Source: Amphiscolops sp. MND2022 (taxonomy: Eukaryota). Taken from it: 64,000 nt of DNA. Position numbers and translations under genes: made by a program. Under the pieces are notes generated by a model that did no database searches, had not been told where the DNA came from, and was given only the letters and a program-made list of their open reading frames with translations. Shown here piece by piece: positions 11,583-24,349 of this stretch. The DNA lies in NCBI GenBank assembly GCA_964187785.1, contig OZ076409.1:47184001-47248000 (forward strand), read 5' to 3'. Each line of letters begins with the position of its first letter. The stretch's first letter is position 1.

Positions 11583-14500
11583 CTGAAAACAACATTAATC
11601 AAAGTTGAGAGAACTAACTTCTACTTTAAACATCGGAAATTTTCTAAGAAGTTTCAGCCCCTTGAAGGTATCTTGTAACTCGTGAAAAGCAAACCCTTTT
11701 TTGGAAATATCTTCAGTCATAACCTTCAGCTTTTAACAGTTGTTGACAACAATCACATAACCAATTACAACTTAACAATAAGGAAAAAGATCACAATTAT
11801 TAATCTAAACTGAAGTAAAAACTGAGTTTTCCTTTTTACAAACCTTTTCCATTCACTCTCTCGCCATTCGTCAAAACGCTGTTGGGCTTTCTGGGTTGGC
11901 TCCACGATGAAAAATTCTTTCCTTCCCTTCAACAAAAAGTAAAAAACAGAAGTTCCGGTGAAATCCTGATGCCAATCCGTCTGTGCTTCCTGTTCAGTCA
12001 TCAAGAGGTAATTGCTGATGCCAGCAGTGAAGTCAAACTCTTCTCGGATTGAGGGATCCATTCTTGAGGTGTAAGTATGACCCAGAGAATATTCTTTTAT
12101 CAAGTTTGGAATCGAAAATGTGTGTTTCATTGTCCTCTGATGCGGACCAATGTCAAGGTCGATGATGTTCATTGGATGAAGATCTCGCTCGCGGAATGGG
12201 TCTTCATGATGCCCCAAAAAACTTGCCAAGGTCATATTGTTCTCCACTTCCTGGAGTGCTGAAAAACACACATTTACTTTCCTGCTGCAAGGGATTCCCT
12301 CAGTTATTTTACGGAAGGTACCGTGTATGGCACTAGGAACAACAAGACCAGCAAGTTTGCCCCTAGCTTGTCTCAAAACTACAGGACATGGTGTACTTCT
12401 CGTCATTCGGTTCTTGAAATCCTGGCGGTTGTTGACAGTGAAACTTTGGGTGACTGGTACTTTCCCTCGAATTAAATCCAAAAACTTTTTTGACCCAACT
12501 TTGGAACGATTGTGTGAACCCCATTTGAAGGAATCTAAATACGGCAGTTCAATTTCCGGTATCTTTTGTTTTTCTTTCAGAGCAGTCTCTTCTTCAAGAG
12601 CAATCTCTCCTCCGGGAGCAGTCTCTTCTTCAGGAGCAGTCTCTTCTTCAGGAGCAGTCTCTTCTTCAGGAGCAGTCTCTTCTTCAGGAGCAGTCTCTTC
12701 TTCAGGAGCAGTCTCTTCTTCAGTAGCAGTCTCTTCTTCACGAGCAGTCTCTTCACGAGCAGTCACTTCACGAGCAGTCTCTCTTTCTCTAGGAGGGGTT
12801 ATTAATTCGGGGGGAAACACTTCACCAGAAGCAATTACTTCTTCAAAAGTAACTGTTTCACCGAAAAGTTCTCCTAGGGGAGGAACAGACTGTTGCCTTT
12901 CAGGGCTAACTCTGGGTGTCCTGTCGAGAGAAGTTGTTGCAGCATCGGGTTCGGGAGAAGGTACATCATCTCCGGTTACATCAACAGGAACATCTACTGG
13001 AGTTGTAATACACGATGTGGTTCTAGCTTGCAGACCTCTACATTGTTTATTTGTTTGTCGATGACGGAGCAAATCGAAATGTCTCGTTAGTATCTTCCCA
13101 CAAGAATTGCATTCGAATGAGCCCTTCTGACGTTCTGAAACAAGTTTTAGTTGATACGTTATTAAAGACTTTCATCTATATATTTATCTGAATTTGTTTT
13201 CCCGTAGAATTTTTTAGGTTTGTGATTTGTTTATATCACTTTAAATGTGTTTGATTCTTTCATTGGTATGAGTCTTCAATGTAGTCAATTCATCAATATC
13301 TTGATAATTCTGGCATGACTGGGTGTTAGGCCGTGCTTCAATAGTTACAATACCGTGGGGACCAAAACGCACTTGGTGGGACATGGACCTGCTTTTTTAC
13401 AACATGTCACTCAATCAACCATCAGTACAAAAAACCTATAAACGGTAATCAGTGAATACCAATAAGACTTTTTGTTCTGGTGATCATTATAAATACATAT
13501 CATTTCCAGGAAACTTCTTCACTTGTTTATGCAAAGCCGGCTTAGTGGGACATAGACCCCTTTTTTAAAAGGCCTTGGTGGGACATAAAAGTTGAGAGCC
13601 GCTATGAAACATTTTTACGCCATTATAAACAGCCCCGTTATAAACAGCTGACCGTGTTTGTTCACTAAACTGTTTGAGTCGAAAAATAATTATATCTGTT
13701 TAAAAATATTTATTTAAAAATACTTATTTTTACAACCTTGCATAGACCCCACTTTTCACTAGGCCTTGGAGGGACATAAAATGTATATTCATGTACTTCT
13801 TTATTGGATTTATTATATGATTATCAATTGTAAGTGTTTTCCACGTATTGAATGATTTTGTACTCATGTTTTTTATTTCAAACACTTTATCAGGATCTTT
13901 TCTGTTTACCAAAGCCAATCCCCCTCACAGTAAGAGCGAAAATTGTAATTTTCCCCAGAATCAACGATGAGTTTTATTCAGGTGCAGTTAGAGTTACAAT
14001 AGTGTAAGAAAAGAACTGAACCCTTATTTGTGAGAAATAATTTGGACTGCATGTAAACATAGCAAGGATAAATTGAATGTCTAAGATAATGGGCATAATC
14101 GCCTTAGTTAGCAGATTCTCGTGATTATAATTTTATCGGTTAAAAATCTAAAACCGAAAGCATAATTCCCAATCTTTGCGAAAAATAGCTGTGTCCCACG
14201 TATTAAGATAGTAAATAAAATGTAATAGAAGAGAACCCCTTTCAAAAACTATAAAATACCAATTACCTTAATGTAAAAAAAATGAATGGCTTCAGTAAAT
14301 GAAGAAGTGTCTGCCAAATAAATAAAAGTTCCAAATTAGGTGCCAAATGTTACAAAATTGTCCAAAATGATGTCCCCTATGCCAATTCAGTAGTAAATAC
14401 AATCAATCAAAAATGAAATTAAGAAGTTTCTTCATTATTTGCAAACTTACATTTCAAGTGCGCAACAAAATTTCAGAATGTTTGTTTATTTGATTTTCAA

Positions 14501-17500
14501 ATAACTTGGATGATAGCAGAAATCAGAGCTAGTTTTGTTTTGGTCCAATTCTTTTTTTACAAATAAGGGTTCAGTTTATTTCTTACACTATTGTATAAAT
14601 ATTTTTTTATTACAAATATTATTATTAATACTACTATTTCAATGATAATTTCACTTGACCTCTTAACTGGGGGTATTAAATTGGTGGGGGAACCAGGGGT
14701 TGGTAATTTTGTATTGCAATGCAATACAAGCCTACCAATTATTAATTTTTGTGCTAACAGAAAAGATCCCTTCATCATTTTCAAATGTCAATTATCACGT
14801 TCAAGCGCCACTTCATTCGTAACAGTGTGGTATGAGGCGCGGCGCGGAATGTATACATGTACTGTGTATATATATTCCAATTACTTTACTGTGAATAGGG
14901 GACTATGGCTCAGAGCAACAGCTTCCGCTTGTCAGATCACCAAAGTTAAACACTTGGCAGGCGGAGGCGTTTGATATGTGTAACATATCTGTAGATATCT
15001 CTGGATAGGTCTCAGATATCAACTATATCAACTGCTGGCTCTGAGCAAATGTCCCCATTTTGAAAAATGTTGAAAATCATTTTTGAAATGAAACACTGTA
15101 CTATTTCAATAAGCGCCAAGAATGACCAAGAATGGTTCATTCTGTAACCGAGAAAGTGTGCAAAAAGTGCTCAACGGCGAGAAAAAAATGAAAACTCGGC
15201 AATTTATTGTACAATAAATGTATTAATTAATGTTGTTTGAAAGTTAGAGTATTTAATGAAAATGCCAGTCAAAGTAATGCATTTATTGAATGTAGGATAT
15301 CCATTAATAATGTATTCTTTTAATGCAAATCCCTGATCGCAACTCCATTGCTCAAAATAGCGAATTTAAAACTCAAATATCTTTAAAATTGTCAGCTACA
15401 AAAGTTTCTTAGACTTTTATCTAATTTACAAAAATGTTTGTTTGAAAATTCTGCGAGAAAAATTACAAAAGTTAGAAATACGAAAATTTGACAAAATTTC
15501 AGGATCTTTACTGGTAATCCCCCCACCACGTTAAGCGGCCAAGAGAAATTATCATTGAATAAATATTAACAACCAATGGAATTGCAGTATTTTATAGCTC
15601 TAACTGCAACTGAAACTCATCACTGATAGTGGTGGGGAATTAAACTTCCGAGCTTACTTTGGGGGAGGGGGGAATAACAGAAAAGATACAATTTTCATCA
15701 AATTTGCACTTTTTCTTGATTTTCACAAAGTTAAAAATATTTTTGGAAAATTTTCTATCCATCGTTTGCCCCCAAGTCTCCTGCGGATGCTGATATGGTT
15801 TCATTGAAAATTTTTTCTATTTAAAATAAAAATCGGTACTTTCCTAATGGACCGGACAATTGAAAAACCATTCCTAATAGACCGGACGCACTATATAGAG
15901 ACCGTACAATCAGTTCATTGACTTAAAGACTCCGGTTTCAGGAAAGTACCTAAAAATCATCAATTCTCTAAATACAATTCAAACTTTCATTGAAATAGCA
16001 ACGCGGTGTGATTTTGTGTAATTTCTTGTGAAATAGCAACGCAGTGTGATTTTGAGCAGTTTCTTATGAAATAGCAACGCGGTGTGATTTTGAGTAATTT
16101 CATCTGAAATAGCAACGCGGTGTGATTTTCGAGTAACTTCGGTGAAATAGCAACGCAATGTGATTTTCGAGTAACTTCGGTGAAATAGCAACGCGATGTG
16201 ATTTTCGACTACCTTCGGTGAAATAGCAACGCGATGTGATTTTCGAGTAACTTATTGAAATAGCAACGCGATGTGATTTTCGAGTAACTTTGTTGACAAG
16301 CAATAAGATTAAAAGCAAATTTTAGTTGTTCATTTTCAAGGCGCTATGGCCAAATAGTTAGTGCGCTAGCTTTCGAACCATAAGGTCTTGGGTGCGATTC
16401 CCGGACAGGTAAAATATTTCCTATTTCGGAAATAAGATCTAAATATTTTTCTTGATTTCAGTAAAATAACTTCGAGAAAAGGCCTTGCTATTTGTGTTAC
16501 TGTTGTTTGCAATTAATTGTTGTCAAATATTATTTAATTATTTCGTTCTTTTTGCCGCTTTACATTTAATAATTTGATTGCTTTGTCATCATTGTGGGTT
16601 CGAAACTTGGCCTCGAATAATCAAGTATTTACTGCTTCTATTTTTGACTCTCAAAACGATCTATAGAGCAGCTTTTCCTATAGCTAATTTCAAACTTCGG
16701 TGAAATAGCAACGCGATGTGATTTTCGAGTAACTTCGGTGAAATAGCAACGCGATGTGATTTTCGAGTAACTTCATTGAAATAGCAACGCGATGTGGTTT
16801 TCCCCAGTGAATTTCATTGAAATAGTAATGCGGCGTGATTTTCAGTCAATTAAAGTGAAATAGCAACGCGATGTGATTTCGAGTTTTTTCTAATGGGGGC
16901 CTATTCATACAGCAGAAAATAAAGCAGCATAAAGAAGCATCCTGATGGGAATGAATATAAAAACTATTGTTGCGTTTGCAATACGATTGAAATAATCTAG
17001 AAGGGGAGACATTTTTGTGTTGTCTTTTGTTGTTTAAGGGTTCAAAGACGCCACCAAAGACGCCACTGTACTGTATTATATTGATTTATAACATCGATAT
17101 TTTAACAAGATAACAAGATATATTGAAGAAAAAGGAACTATTTTTAGCTCAACGTAGATCATCTAGACACCATCATGAGTCTTATATGTACTGCATTTTA
17201 TATAAACCTCAGGAAAGTGCTAGTCGAAATATGTCAAATCAAGTTTAATTTGGATATTGTTTGCTAATGGCTCCCGCGAACTTATTTCCCTTTTCCCACT
17301 TAAAAGTTTTGGATTTTCAGCGTAGTCGTTTTTTCACTGTTTTGTCAGAGGAATTATCCCAGCTTACTGATAAAGGGCCACAGTATCCCATTTAGTTTTG
17401 GTAATGGTCACGAGTTTGCTTAAATTCATTTTGGATAGAGCCATTTTACGTGTTGACCGGGATCTTAGAAGTGAAAGTCAAGTTGTTCATGCAGCGTGAC

Positions 17501-18724
17501 AACCTTCATTTTCCAATCAATGATCACCTTTTCTTGTTCACACAAGCGTGGAACGAACCTGACTTCATAGTTTTTGTTTGAAACATTCGAAAGCTTAGAT
17601 TCAATAATTGATTAATTTCCGTGAAGGTGGCAATTTTCTGCAAACACTCTGGGGACAGATAAATTTTCCTGTGAGTGGGGTGGGGGTGGGTATTAGCAAA
17701 CAAGATCCGTTAATTTATATCAATAATCAGAAATTCTTCAATTGTAACACGACGAATTTCGTCTCGGTGCAAAACTGGGGCTATACTGTAGTGTTCATAT
17801 CGTTTTCATATAGTACCAGTGCGGCGCCGAGCAACATCATCGTCCAAGTTAATAAACCACTTGACTTGAAATATTTCACTTGAAAGGAAAGTATTCGATG
17901 CCTATTCTGATTGAGTGAGACAGTACCAAGTTCATTCAGTTTTATACTGTTATGTTTTATTTTCTTTTTCAAATATTACATTATTTTCTCACTCAAAATG
18001 CTCCTGATTTTAATTTACCCAACGTTTACGAAACCAGAGTTGGTGGGACATAGACCCCACTTTTTACTAGGCCTTGGTGGGACGGAAATAAGGTAAAGTC
18101 ACTAGTTAAAAAAATAAACTAGTAAAAATTACATTGTCAAGAATTCACAAGAGAAGAACTCACTGGGTTCTGGTGAATACAAGTCGGATGCCTCAATTCC
18201 TCGCTCTCTGATTTCTTGCTGACGTCTCAAACAAGTGTTTTTTGACAGGTGTTGCTTGAGTTTTCCAGTGCTGGCGCAAATCAGACCGCATTCAGGACAA
18301 GTACAGCGATGAATACTCAAAGTTTTCCGTTGTTGATGAGCTAAAACAGAATGAAGTTAATATCTCTAGATCTTCAAATAACATAAGATCAAAGAGCATA
18401 AAATGGAATTAGTTCAAATTTTAAATGGCAAAGCATGAGTTACATAGAAAACACTACTTTGAGCCTCACCTATGATAGCATGAAAAAGGAAAACAATAGT
18501 CAACAAATATTCGTTTTCTTTTTGTTTGTTTCATTCGGGGTTTAAACTAAAACTTTTCCCCAAAACTTGGCTTCAAAAAAATTTCGAAATTTCTCATTTT
18601 GAAAATATTTTTCAAATCCAACATAATATCTGAACTCACCAAGGCATGTAGATTGATGACGCGTGTAGAACCATTGCTTGTTGGAATCAAACTCTTTGAA
18701 GCAGTGGATACAAGTGAAGGTCAT
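11126..18724 (-). CDS. Spliced 3x C2HC zinc finger + JmjC (KDM2/KDM7-like) histone demethylase-like protein (~669 aa)
   Basis: Exons 18724-18640, 18340-18164, 13134-11844, 11582-11126 total 2010 nt. Donors GTGAGT, GTGAGT, GTTTGT with phases 1,1,2 keep the frame. Fingers: CIHC..RHQSTC, CPEC..QHLSKNTC, CNSC..RHRQTNKQC. JmjC: TDWHQDFTGTSVFYFLLKGRKEFF...GDAIFLPSQWIHFVHTPVDSIAYACNF. Confidence 0.82.
11844..13134 (-). CDS. JmjC gene exon 3: third Zn finger, acidic EETAP repeat, JmjC N-terminal half with HxD
   Basis: Acceptor tttcag|AA; open frame through TDWHQD and the 2-oxoglutarate-binding Lys (KGRK); donor AG|GTTTGT. Confidence 0.88.
12580..12785 (-). repeat. Coding 18-bp/15-bp repeat (EEETAP)n
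   Basis: gagcagtctcttcttcag is repeated within JmjC exon 3. Confidence 0.9.
14835..15060 (+). repeat. Dispersed repeat with a 5S-rRNA-like core inside an imperfect inverted repeat (other copies, reversed, at ~43003-43143, 50105-50230, 56117-56278)
   Basis: The core cttgtcagatcaccaaagttaaaca / ctcgttagatcaccgaagttaaaca resembles the 5S internal box A region. It is bracketed by ggggactatggctcagagc ... gctctgagcaaatgtcccc. Confidence 0.65.
15985..16290. repeat. ~31-32 bp minisatellite (gaaatagcaacgcgatgtgattttcgagtaacttc); also at 16695-16885, 48175-48395, 57825-58000 and 63705-63852 (reverse)
   Basis: Directly visible tandem units with nearly constant content. Confidence 0.92.
16340..16410 (+). 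pseudogene. tRNA-derived fragment / SINE-head-like
   Basis: ggcgctatggccaaatagttag (A-box-like), ctttcgaa loop and gggtgcgattccc (B-box-like); the acceptor stem does not close. Confidence 0.45.
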
Positions 18725-18854
18725 TCTGGAATCTGCAATCTAGGTCTTTTATTGAAGGTGGTAGAAAGTTTACCAAATGTCTACTACTGCACGGGACAAA
18801 TGTTCAACACAAACTGAACCTGAAACTGTAACTTGACTTCGTCTCAGCAGCTCA

Positions 18855-18930
18855 AGATCGACCAATCACGTTAGCCGGATTTTGGTTGATCAACCAATCA
18901 CAATAGCCGAAATTTGGCAGATTGGAAAAA
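18855..18930 (-). promoter_or_regulatory. Possible promoter of the ZnF-JmjC gene (clustered CCAAT boxes)
   Basis: gaccaatcac, aaccaatcac and gattgg lie within ~70 bp, 130-200 bp upstream of the ATG at 18724. Confidence 0.4.
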
Positions 18931-19938
18931 GATGATGTATGCTGGTGTTTGATGAGCAGGGCGAACAAATAATAACGTAAAAATTACAAAAGTTGATTTG
19001 ACGATTTGTAGAAAAAAAGACTTTATATTGACTTTGTGAAAAACATTTGTCGAATCATGCGGTCGCAGGGGGGATAAGACAAATACCATTGTCGACATCG
19101 TTTGCGTTGAAACTTTGATCAAGAAAACAATTGATGTCGACATAATTGTATACATTACATTGATTGTCAAAATAATGATTTAAAATAATTTTTGCCTAAA
19201 TAATTCCAATAAATACAAACAAAGTATTTTAATGGAACGCGAAAAAAAATACAAATAACTTACTTTCTCTCTGATAAAATACAAATAATTTATTTTTAGT
19301 GTCAAATAATTTTACCAGAAGAACAGTGTGCATAGGAAATATTTTTTGGCATCCCTCGGAGTTAAACAGATGGTCCCATTTGACTATGAGCCAAAAATCA
19401 TTTACTGAGTACAATGATTAAACATAGGATTGAAATAGTTAGAGAGATTTTCAGGCGAAAAGTTTCAATCATTTGCCAAGAGAGGGTGGGTTTATCTTTT
19501 AATTCCTTAGAATGTTTGTCACACTCATAATTCCCGTTTTTTACTTGATGATACTTCAAATTGATTTCAAAGATAATTTATTGAGGGAATGTATTTCATT
19601 GATATATTCAAACTTCTAATGAATACAAGACGATTTCAATTCTTGAGCTGTTTTGATGAATGAACTGGGTTTCAATTTTGAAAACACATATTATAAAGAT
19701 ATTGACAGTCGCGAGGATCGGTTAAAGGAGATAGGGCAAGAATGTATTGTAATTTGCAATTTTTAGTCCCAATAAATGATTATAGCATATTCAAAATCAT
19801 AGCAACATCGACTGAAAAAAAGATCAACTTTAATTATTAAAAACAAATAGCTATATACAAAGTTTTGAAAACGAAGTGTTCTTTTGAATAATGTTTGCAA
19901 AAGTGCATGTATAACCAATTGGTGTTTTTGCAAAGATC

Positions 19939-20011
19939 GACTAATACCGAGTTTCGAACCCTTGACCTTGCGTTTATAATTCAAGCACTGTACCGATTAG
20001 GCTATAGTGTC
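19939..20011 (-). pseudogene. tRNA-derived fragment
   Basis: Minus strand reads gacactatagcctaatcggtacagtgc...agggttcgaaactcggtattagtc, with A/B-box-like motifs and poorly paired stems. Confidence 0.45.
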
Positions 20012-21264
20012 TGAAATAATGTACAATTTAAGTTTCATTTATTTGCTACGCAACAAATAGGGACATCAATAAAATTCAATAAATTCCATTTGAATACAAT
20101 ACAAGATTATTTATTGTAGAGGATAATTGTTATTCGTGTTAATCAAGGTTAATTTTACGAATCAAATACCAGAACTCCTGTAAACTCCAGCTGTTTGCGC
20201 CATGAGAAAATTTGAGCCATCAATAGCCATTATGGCCATTATTGATGTAAACATTTGTAAACTTTATGGATTTTCTGTTTCGAACAATTAAAAAATAATA
20301 GTTTCCATTAATTTTTGAGCACCTCTGTTACCACCACTTTGTCATTGACGAACCCCCACTTCGTCATTGCGTTGCTTGTTTTTTATCTTACTTCCATTAT
20401 GGAAATAAGATAAAAAAGCAACGCAATGAGATTTGCGCGCTGACAAGTCGTCAACGCACAATCACATTGCGTTGCTTTTTTTATTTTATTTCCATTATGG
20501 AAGTAAAATAAAAAAGCAACGCAATGTGATTCTGAGAAAATCCATGCCCCCCCCATGGCCAAGCTAGAGTATTTTTTCAATTCTCACCAAGTATGTATAG
20601 TACAAAAAAGGTCTAAGTCCCGCTGAGTGCGGATTCGTCAACGGACAAACACTCAGTCACATCGTTTCTTTACATCTTTTATTCAGTCACATCTTTTATT
20701 CTCTTGCCATATACTATAGTTTCATTTGGTGGATTACCAAATAACAAGAGCAAATGAGGTGGATTGATAATGCAGGGTTGTCAAAAAATTCGCACCAATT
20801 TAAATCGCAATTCAATTCGGGAATTAGTTCGCCGGTTTTTTCATTGATATTTTTTGTCGAAGGCCGCGTGTTGAATTGTACAAATTGTCTCACGAGAAAG
20901 CTCAAAAACGTGAGCTTATGCCAAAAAAGGCTGAAAAATTGAAATTTTTGATGCGTTTTGTTGAAATATTTAACATCCCTCGTTTTGAAAGAAATTTTCG
21001 AGAAACGGTTTTGGAAAAAAATCGATTTAAATCGCTATTTTGATTGAAAAAAAAACATTAAAAACGACGTTTTTCTAGAAAGAACGTTTTTTTAACCATG
21101 TGATTATTTAATAATACTAGTATTCTCGAAAGTATGCTCCAAAAAATTCAATAAAAAATTCATTGTAAAAATTTTTGACGCAGTGGGACAATCCTTTAAA
21201 TTTACCAATTACAGCAGGAGAGTCATCCACTTCGGTCATCCACCCATGTCAGTCATCCCGGTTT

Positions 21265-21897
21265 TGGGTGGTGAATGAACCAAGTTGAGAGCTTGACATA
21301 CAAGCTGTTGGTTTGGATTCAATCAAGAGGGGGCAATCACTAATTTACTTGGTGAATAGAAACAAACAAGATTGCGGTAAAAGTCCCATCAATGCTTAGT
21401 AAATTACAGTTTCAGGTCCCACCAAGTGCATTTTCGAAAACGTCCTATTTGTTTTTCAAACATTAACAACAGAAGCGTCAAGAAACCCTGCCAGCCCCAT
21501 GAGGTGTTTGGTGGTGAATGAACCAAGTTGAGAGCTTGGCATCCAAGCTGGCAATCAAGAGAGAGCAATCACTAATTTACATGGTAAATGGAAGCAAACA
21601 CGACTGTGTTAAAAAGTCCCATCAATGCTTAATAAATTAAAGTATCAGGTCCCACCAAGTGCTTTTTCGAAAACGTCCTATTTGTTTTTCAAACATTAAC
21701 AACAGAAGCGTCAAGAAACCCCGCCAGTCCCATAAGGTGTTTGGTGGTGAATGAACCAAGTTGAAAGCTTGGCATCCAAGCTGGCAATCAAGAGAGAGAG
21801 AGCAATCACTGATTTACTTGGTGAATGAAAACAAACAACTGCGTTAAAATGTCCCATCAATGCTTAGTAAAGTAGTGACAGGTCCCACCAAGTGCAA
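21265..21897. repeat. ~235-240 bp tandem repeat (about 3 units), each with gtcccatcaa and gtcccaccaagtgc
   Basis: ggtggtgaatgaaccaagttga recurs near 21267, 21509 and 21743. Confidence 0.9.
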
Positions 21898-22191
21898 CAA
21901 CCAATCAAATTCAAACTTTTATCCAATTTTTTTTCAACGTCATTTCTCATTCCATGAGTTAGTATTGCGTTGTTTTGTCGCCTAAGAAGGAAGAAGATTT
22001 CCAAGGCTTACAAAATACAATCAAATTCATAAGTTCATAGCAACACAAAAGTATTGATATAGCTAGTTCAAACGACACTAGCGTTGCAGATTATACTGCA
22101 TAGAGCTGAAAGGATTCCAAGGAAGTCTACATTCATCAGCTGGTCAAAGAGCACATAGCAAGCCCAGTTCCGAGCTGACATCAACCCTATC

Positions 22192-22596
22192 ATGTTCAAT
22201 CCCTCAGCAATGCCAATCAGGTCGTGTATTCGTCCGATAGATGAACTGCTCTCAAATTATGGACCACCACACAGAAAAAACGTGCATTTTGCCGACTCAA
22301 CCACCAATCAAACCTCTCCGACACATCCGAGAGCTTGGAGGATCAAAAGAAGCAAACCCATTCCTGAGACAACCCCAACAACCTCGCTCACTCTAATCTC
22401 TTCTCTACGGAGTGAAAATACAAAAAGGAACAAAAAACCAGTAACAGTCAAGTTCTCTTTCATTGAAAGAGCTATACTACCAAATGGACAAGTAATGGAG
22501 TCCGTGATATGTTTCAATGCACCCAATGAATACTGGAAACCTGGGGCTCTGGACGACGAGCCGTGTTATATATTGAACTGCCGAACAACAAGATAG
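22192..22596 (+). CDS. Orphan 134-aa ORF with RVxF-like PP1-docking motif (RKNVHFADS)
   Basis: ATG-started, more GC-rich than its flanks, non-repetitive, and followed by a T-rich 3' region. Confidence 0.5.
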   Translation: MFNPSAMPIRSCIRPIDELLSNYGPPHRKNVHFADSTTNQTSPTHPRAWRIKRSKPIPETTPTTSLTLISSLRSENTKRNKKPVTVKFSFIERAILPNGQVMESVICFNAPNEYWKPGALDDEPCYILNCRTTR

Positions 22597-22862
22597 TATT
22601 TCATGTTACTATTTGTCGTTTTTTGTTTACATTTTTCAAAATCAATTGACCTTTTTCATCTGATTCTCCATTTCATGTTTTAAAAGCAAGCTATCTTGGA
22701 AAGGTAGAAAGAAGAGTGGCCACAAACAAAAATTGGAAAACGGATGTTCTGCGCTCACATTTTAAAATAATTTTTGTTCCCGTTTTCTTGATTTCGGAAA
22801 AATGATGTCAATAATCTGTAATAAAGGGGGAAACCTCCTAGGGCTACGCCCTAAAGTCTATT

Positions 22863-22863
<1 letters not shown>

Positions 22864-22917
<54 letters not shown>
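22864..22917. repeat. (TAC)18 microsatellite
   Basis: Direct reading. Confidence 0.97.
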
Positions 22918-22919
<2 letters not shown>

Positions 22920-23379
22920 GATCGCAATGACAAAACAAAGCAAAATCCGTTGGCAGCATGACATTTCAAAGCGTCCTCATTGGCCGCAGTGACAACATAA
23001 AAAGCCTTTACTACCCGGTAGTAACGTTTAAGTTGTCATTGTCTTGTTACTACCGCACTTGATATTGAAGACATTTTAAAGAATTTCTACATAAACATGT
23101 GCATTTCACGCCAGATGACAAAAGGGTTCCCAGATATATTCTCGTTCAACCTGTATTAACTCTAAATGGACCATTGGTACGATTTCGTACCTCTTAGTTT
23201 CTGCCAACTTTCAAACGCACCAGCTGACCGTATGTTGAAGAAAACTCTTGAATTAGGCTTTCAGGCATTATTACCCATTTTACATAGCATTACAGGCCTT
23301 TTTACGTAATAATGACATGATGTCTCCGAAATCCGGAGCCAGTGTGAAAATAGTTTAGACACTGCGATTTAAGTCCTAA

Positions 23380-24272
23380 ATTTTGTTTGATCCGGAGTTT
23401 AAAAACATGTATTTCATATTGTTTTGATTGAGTTTCATGTCGAAAATAGTACCTAATTTTTCGAACTGTTTTAGCATATCCTCAAAATCGGTCCAGAATT
23501 GCTACTGACACCGTAGGGGGGACATAGTGAGTGTATCTGAGGCAAAAAAACTATAGTGGATTAGTTTTGTTTGATCCGGAATATAAAAACCTGTATTTCA
23601 CATTGTTTTGATTAAGTTTCATATCAAAAATATTACCTACATTTTCGATTTTTTTTCTTACATATGATCAAAACAGGTCCAGAATTGCTAATGTTACCCT
23701 TGGGGGACCTAGAGCGTGGATCTAAGGCATCAAAATTATAGTGGATTAGTTTTGTTTGATCCGGAATTTAAAAACATGTATTTCACAATGTTTTGACTGA
23801 GTTTCATGTCGAAATAAGTACGTATTTTTTCGATTTTCTTACATGTCCTCAAAATCGTTCTAGAATTGCTACTGACACCCTTGGGGGACATTAGGAGTGT
23901 ATCTAAGGCATCAAAACCACAGTGGATTAGTTTTGTTTGATCCGAAATTTAAAAACATGTATTTCACATTGTTTTGATTGAGTTTCATGTCGAAAATAGT
24001 ACCTAATTTTTCGAATTTTTTACAAATCCTCAAAATCGGTCCAGAATTAGTACTGACACCCTTGGGGGGACATAATGAGTGTATCTAAGGCATAAAAACT
24101 ATAGTGGAATAACTTTGTTTCATCCGGAATTTAAAAGCATGTATTTCACATAGTTTTGATTGAGTTTCATGTCGAAAATTTTACCTACATTTTCGATGTT
24201 TTGCATATGATCAAAACAGGTCCAGAATTGCTACTGATACCCTTGGGGGAAAATAGGAAGTGTATCTAAGCC
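23380..24272. repeat. ~183-bp satellite, about 5 units
   Basis: tgtttgatccgga..taaaaacatgtatttcac recurs near 23384, 23568, 23753, 23934 and 24117. Confidence 0.92.
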
Positions 24273-24349
24273 ACAAAAGGTTTTGATTTGAGAAATTACA
24301 AGTGTTTACAATTTGTAACATTGATTGCTCTCGTGTTTTTTTTTACTTT

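Noticed and set aside
12237..13064. 275-aa plus-strand ORF
   Set aside because: Antisense shadow of JmjC exon 3 and its EETAP repeat.
15985..16290. gaaatagcaacgcgatgtgatt arrays as CRISPR repeats
   Set aside because: The intervening sequences are ~10 bp and nearly constant, so this is a minisatellite; its ORFs (SHRVAIS/HIALLF) are repeat translations.
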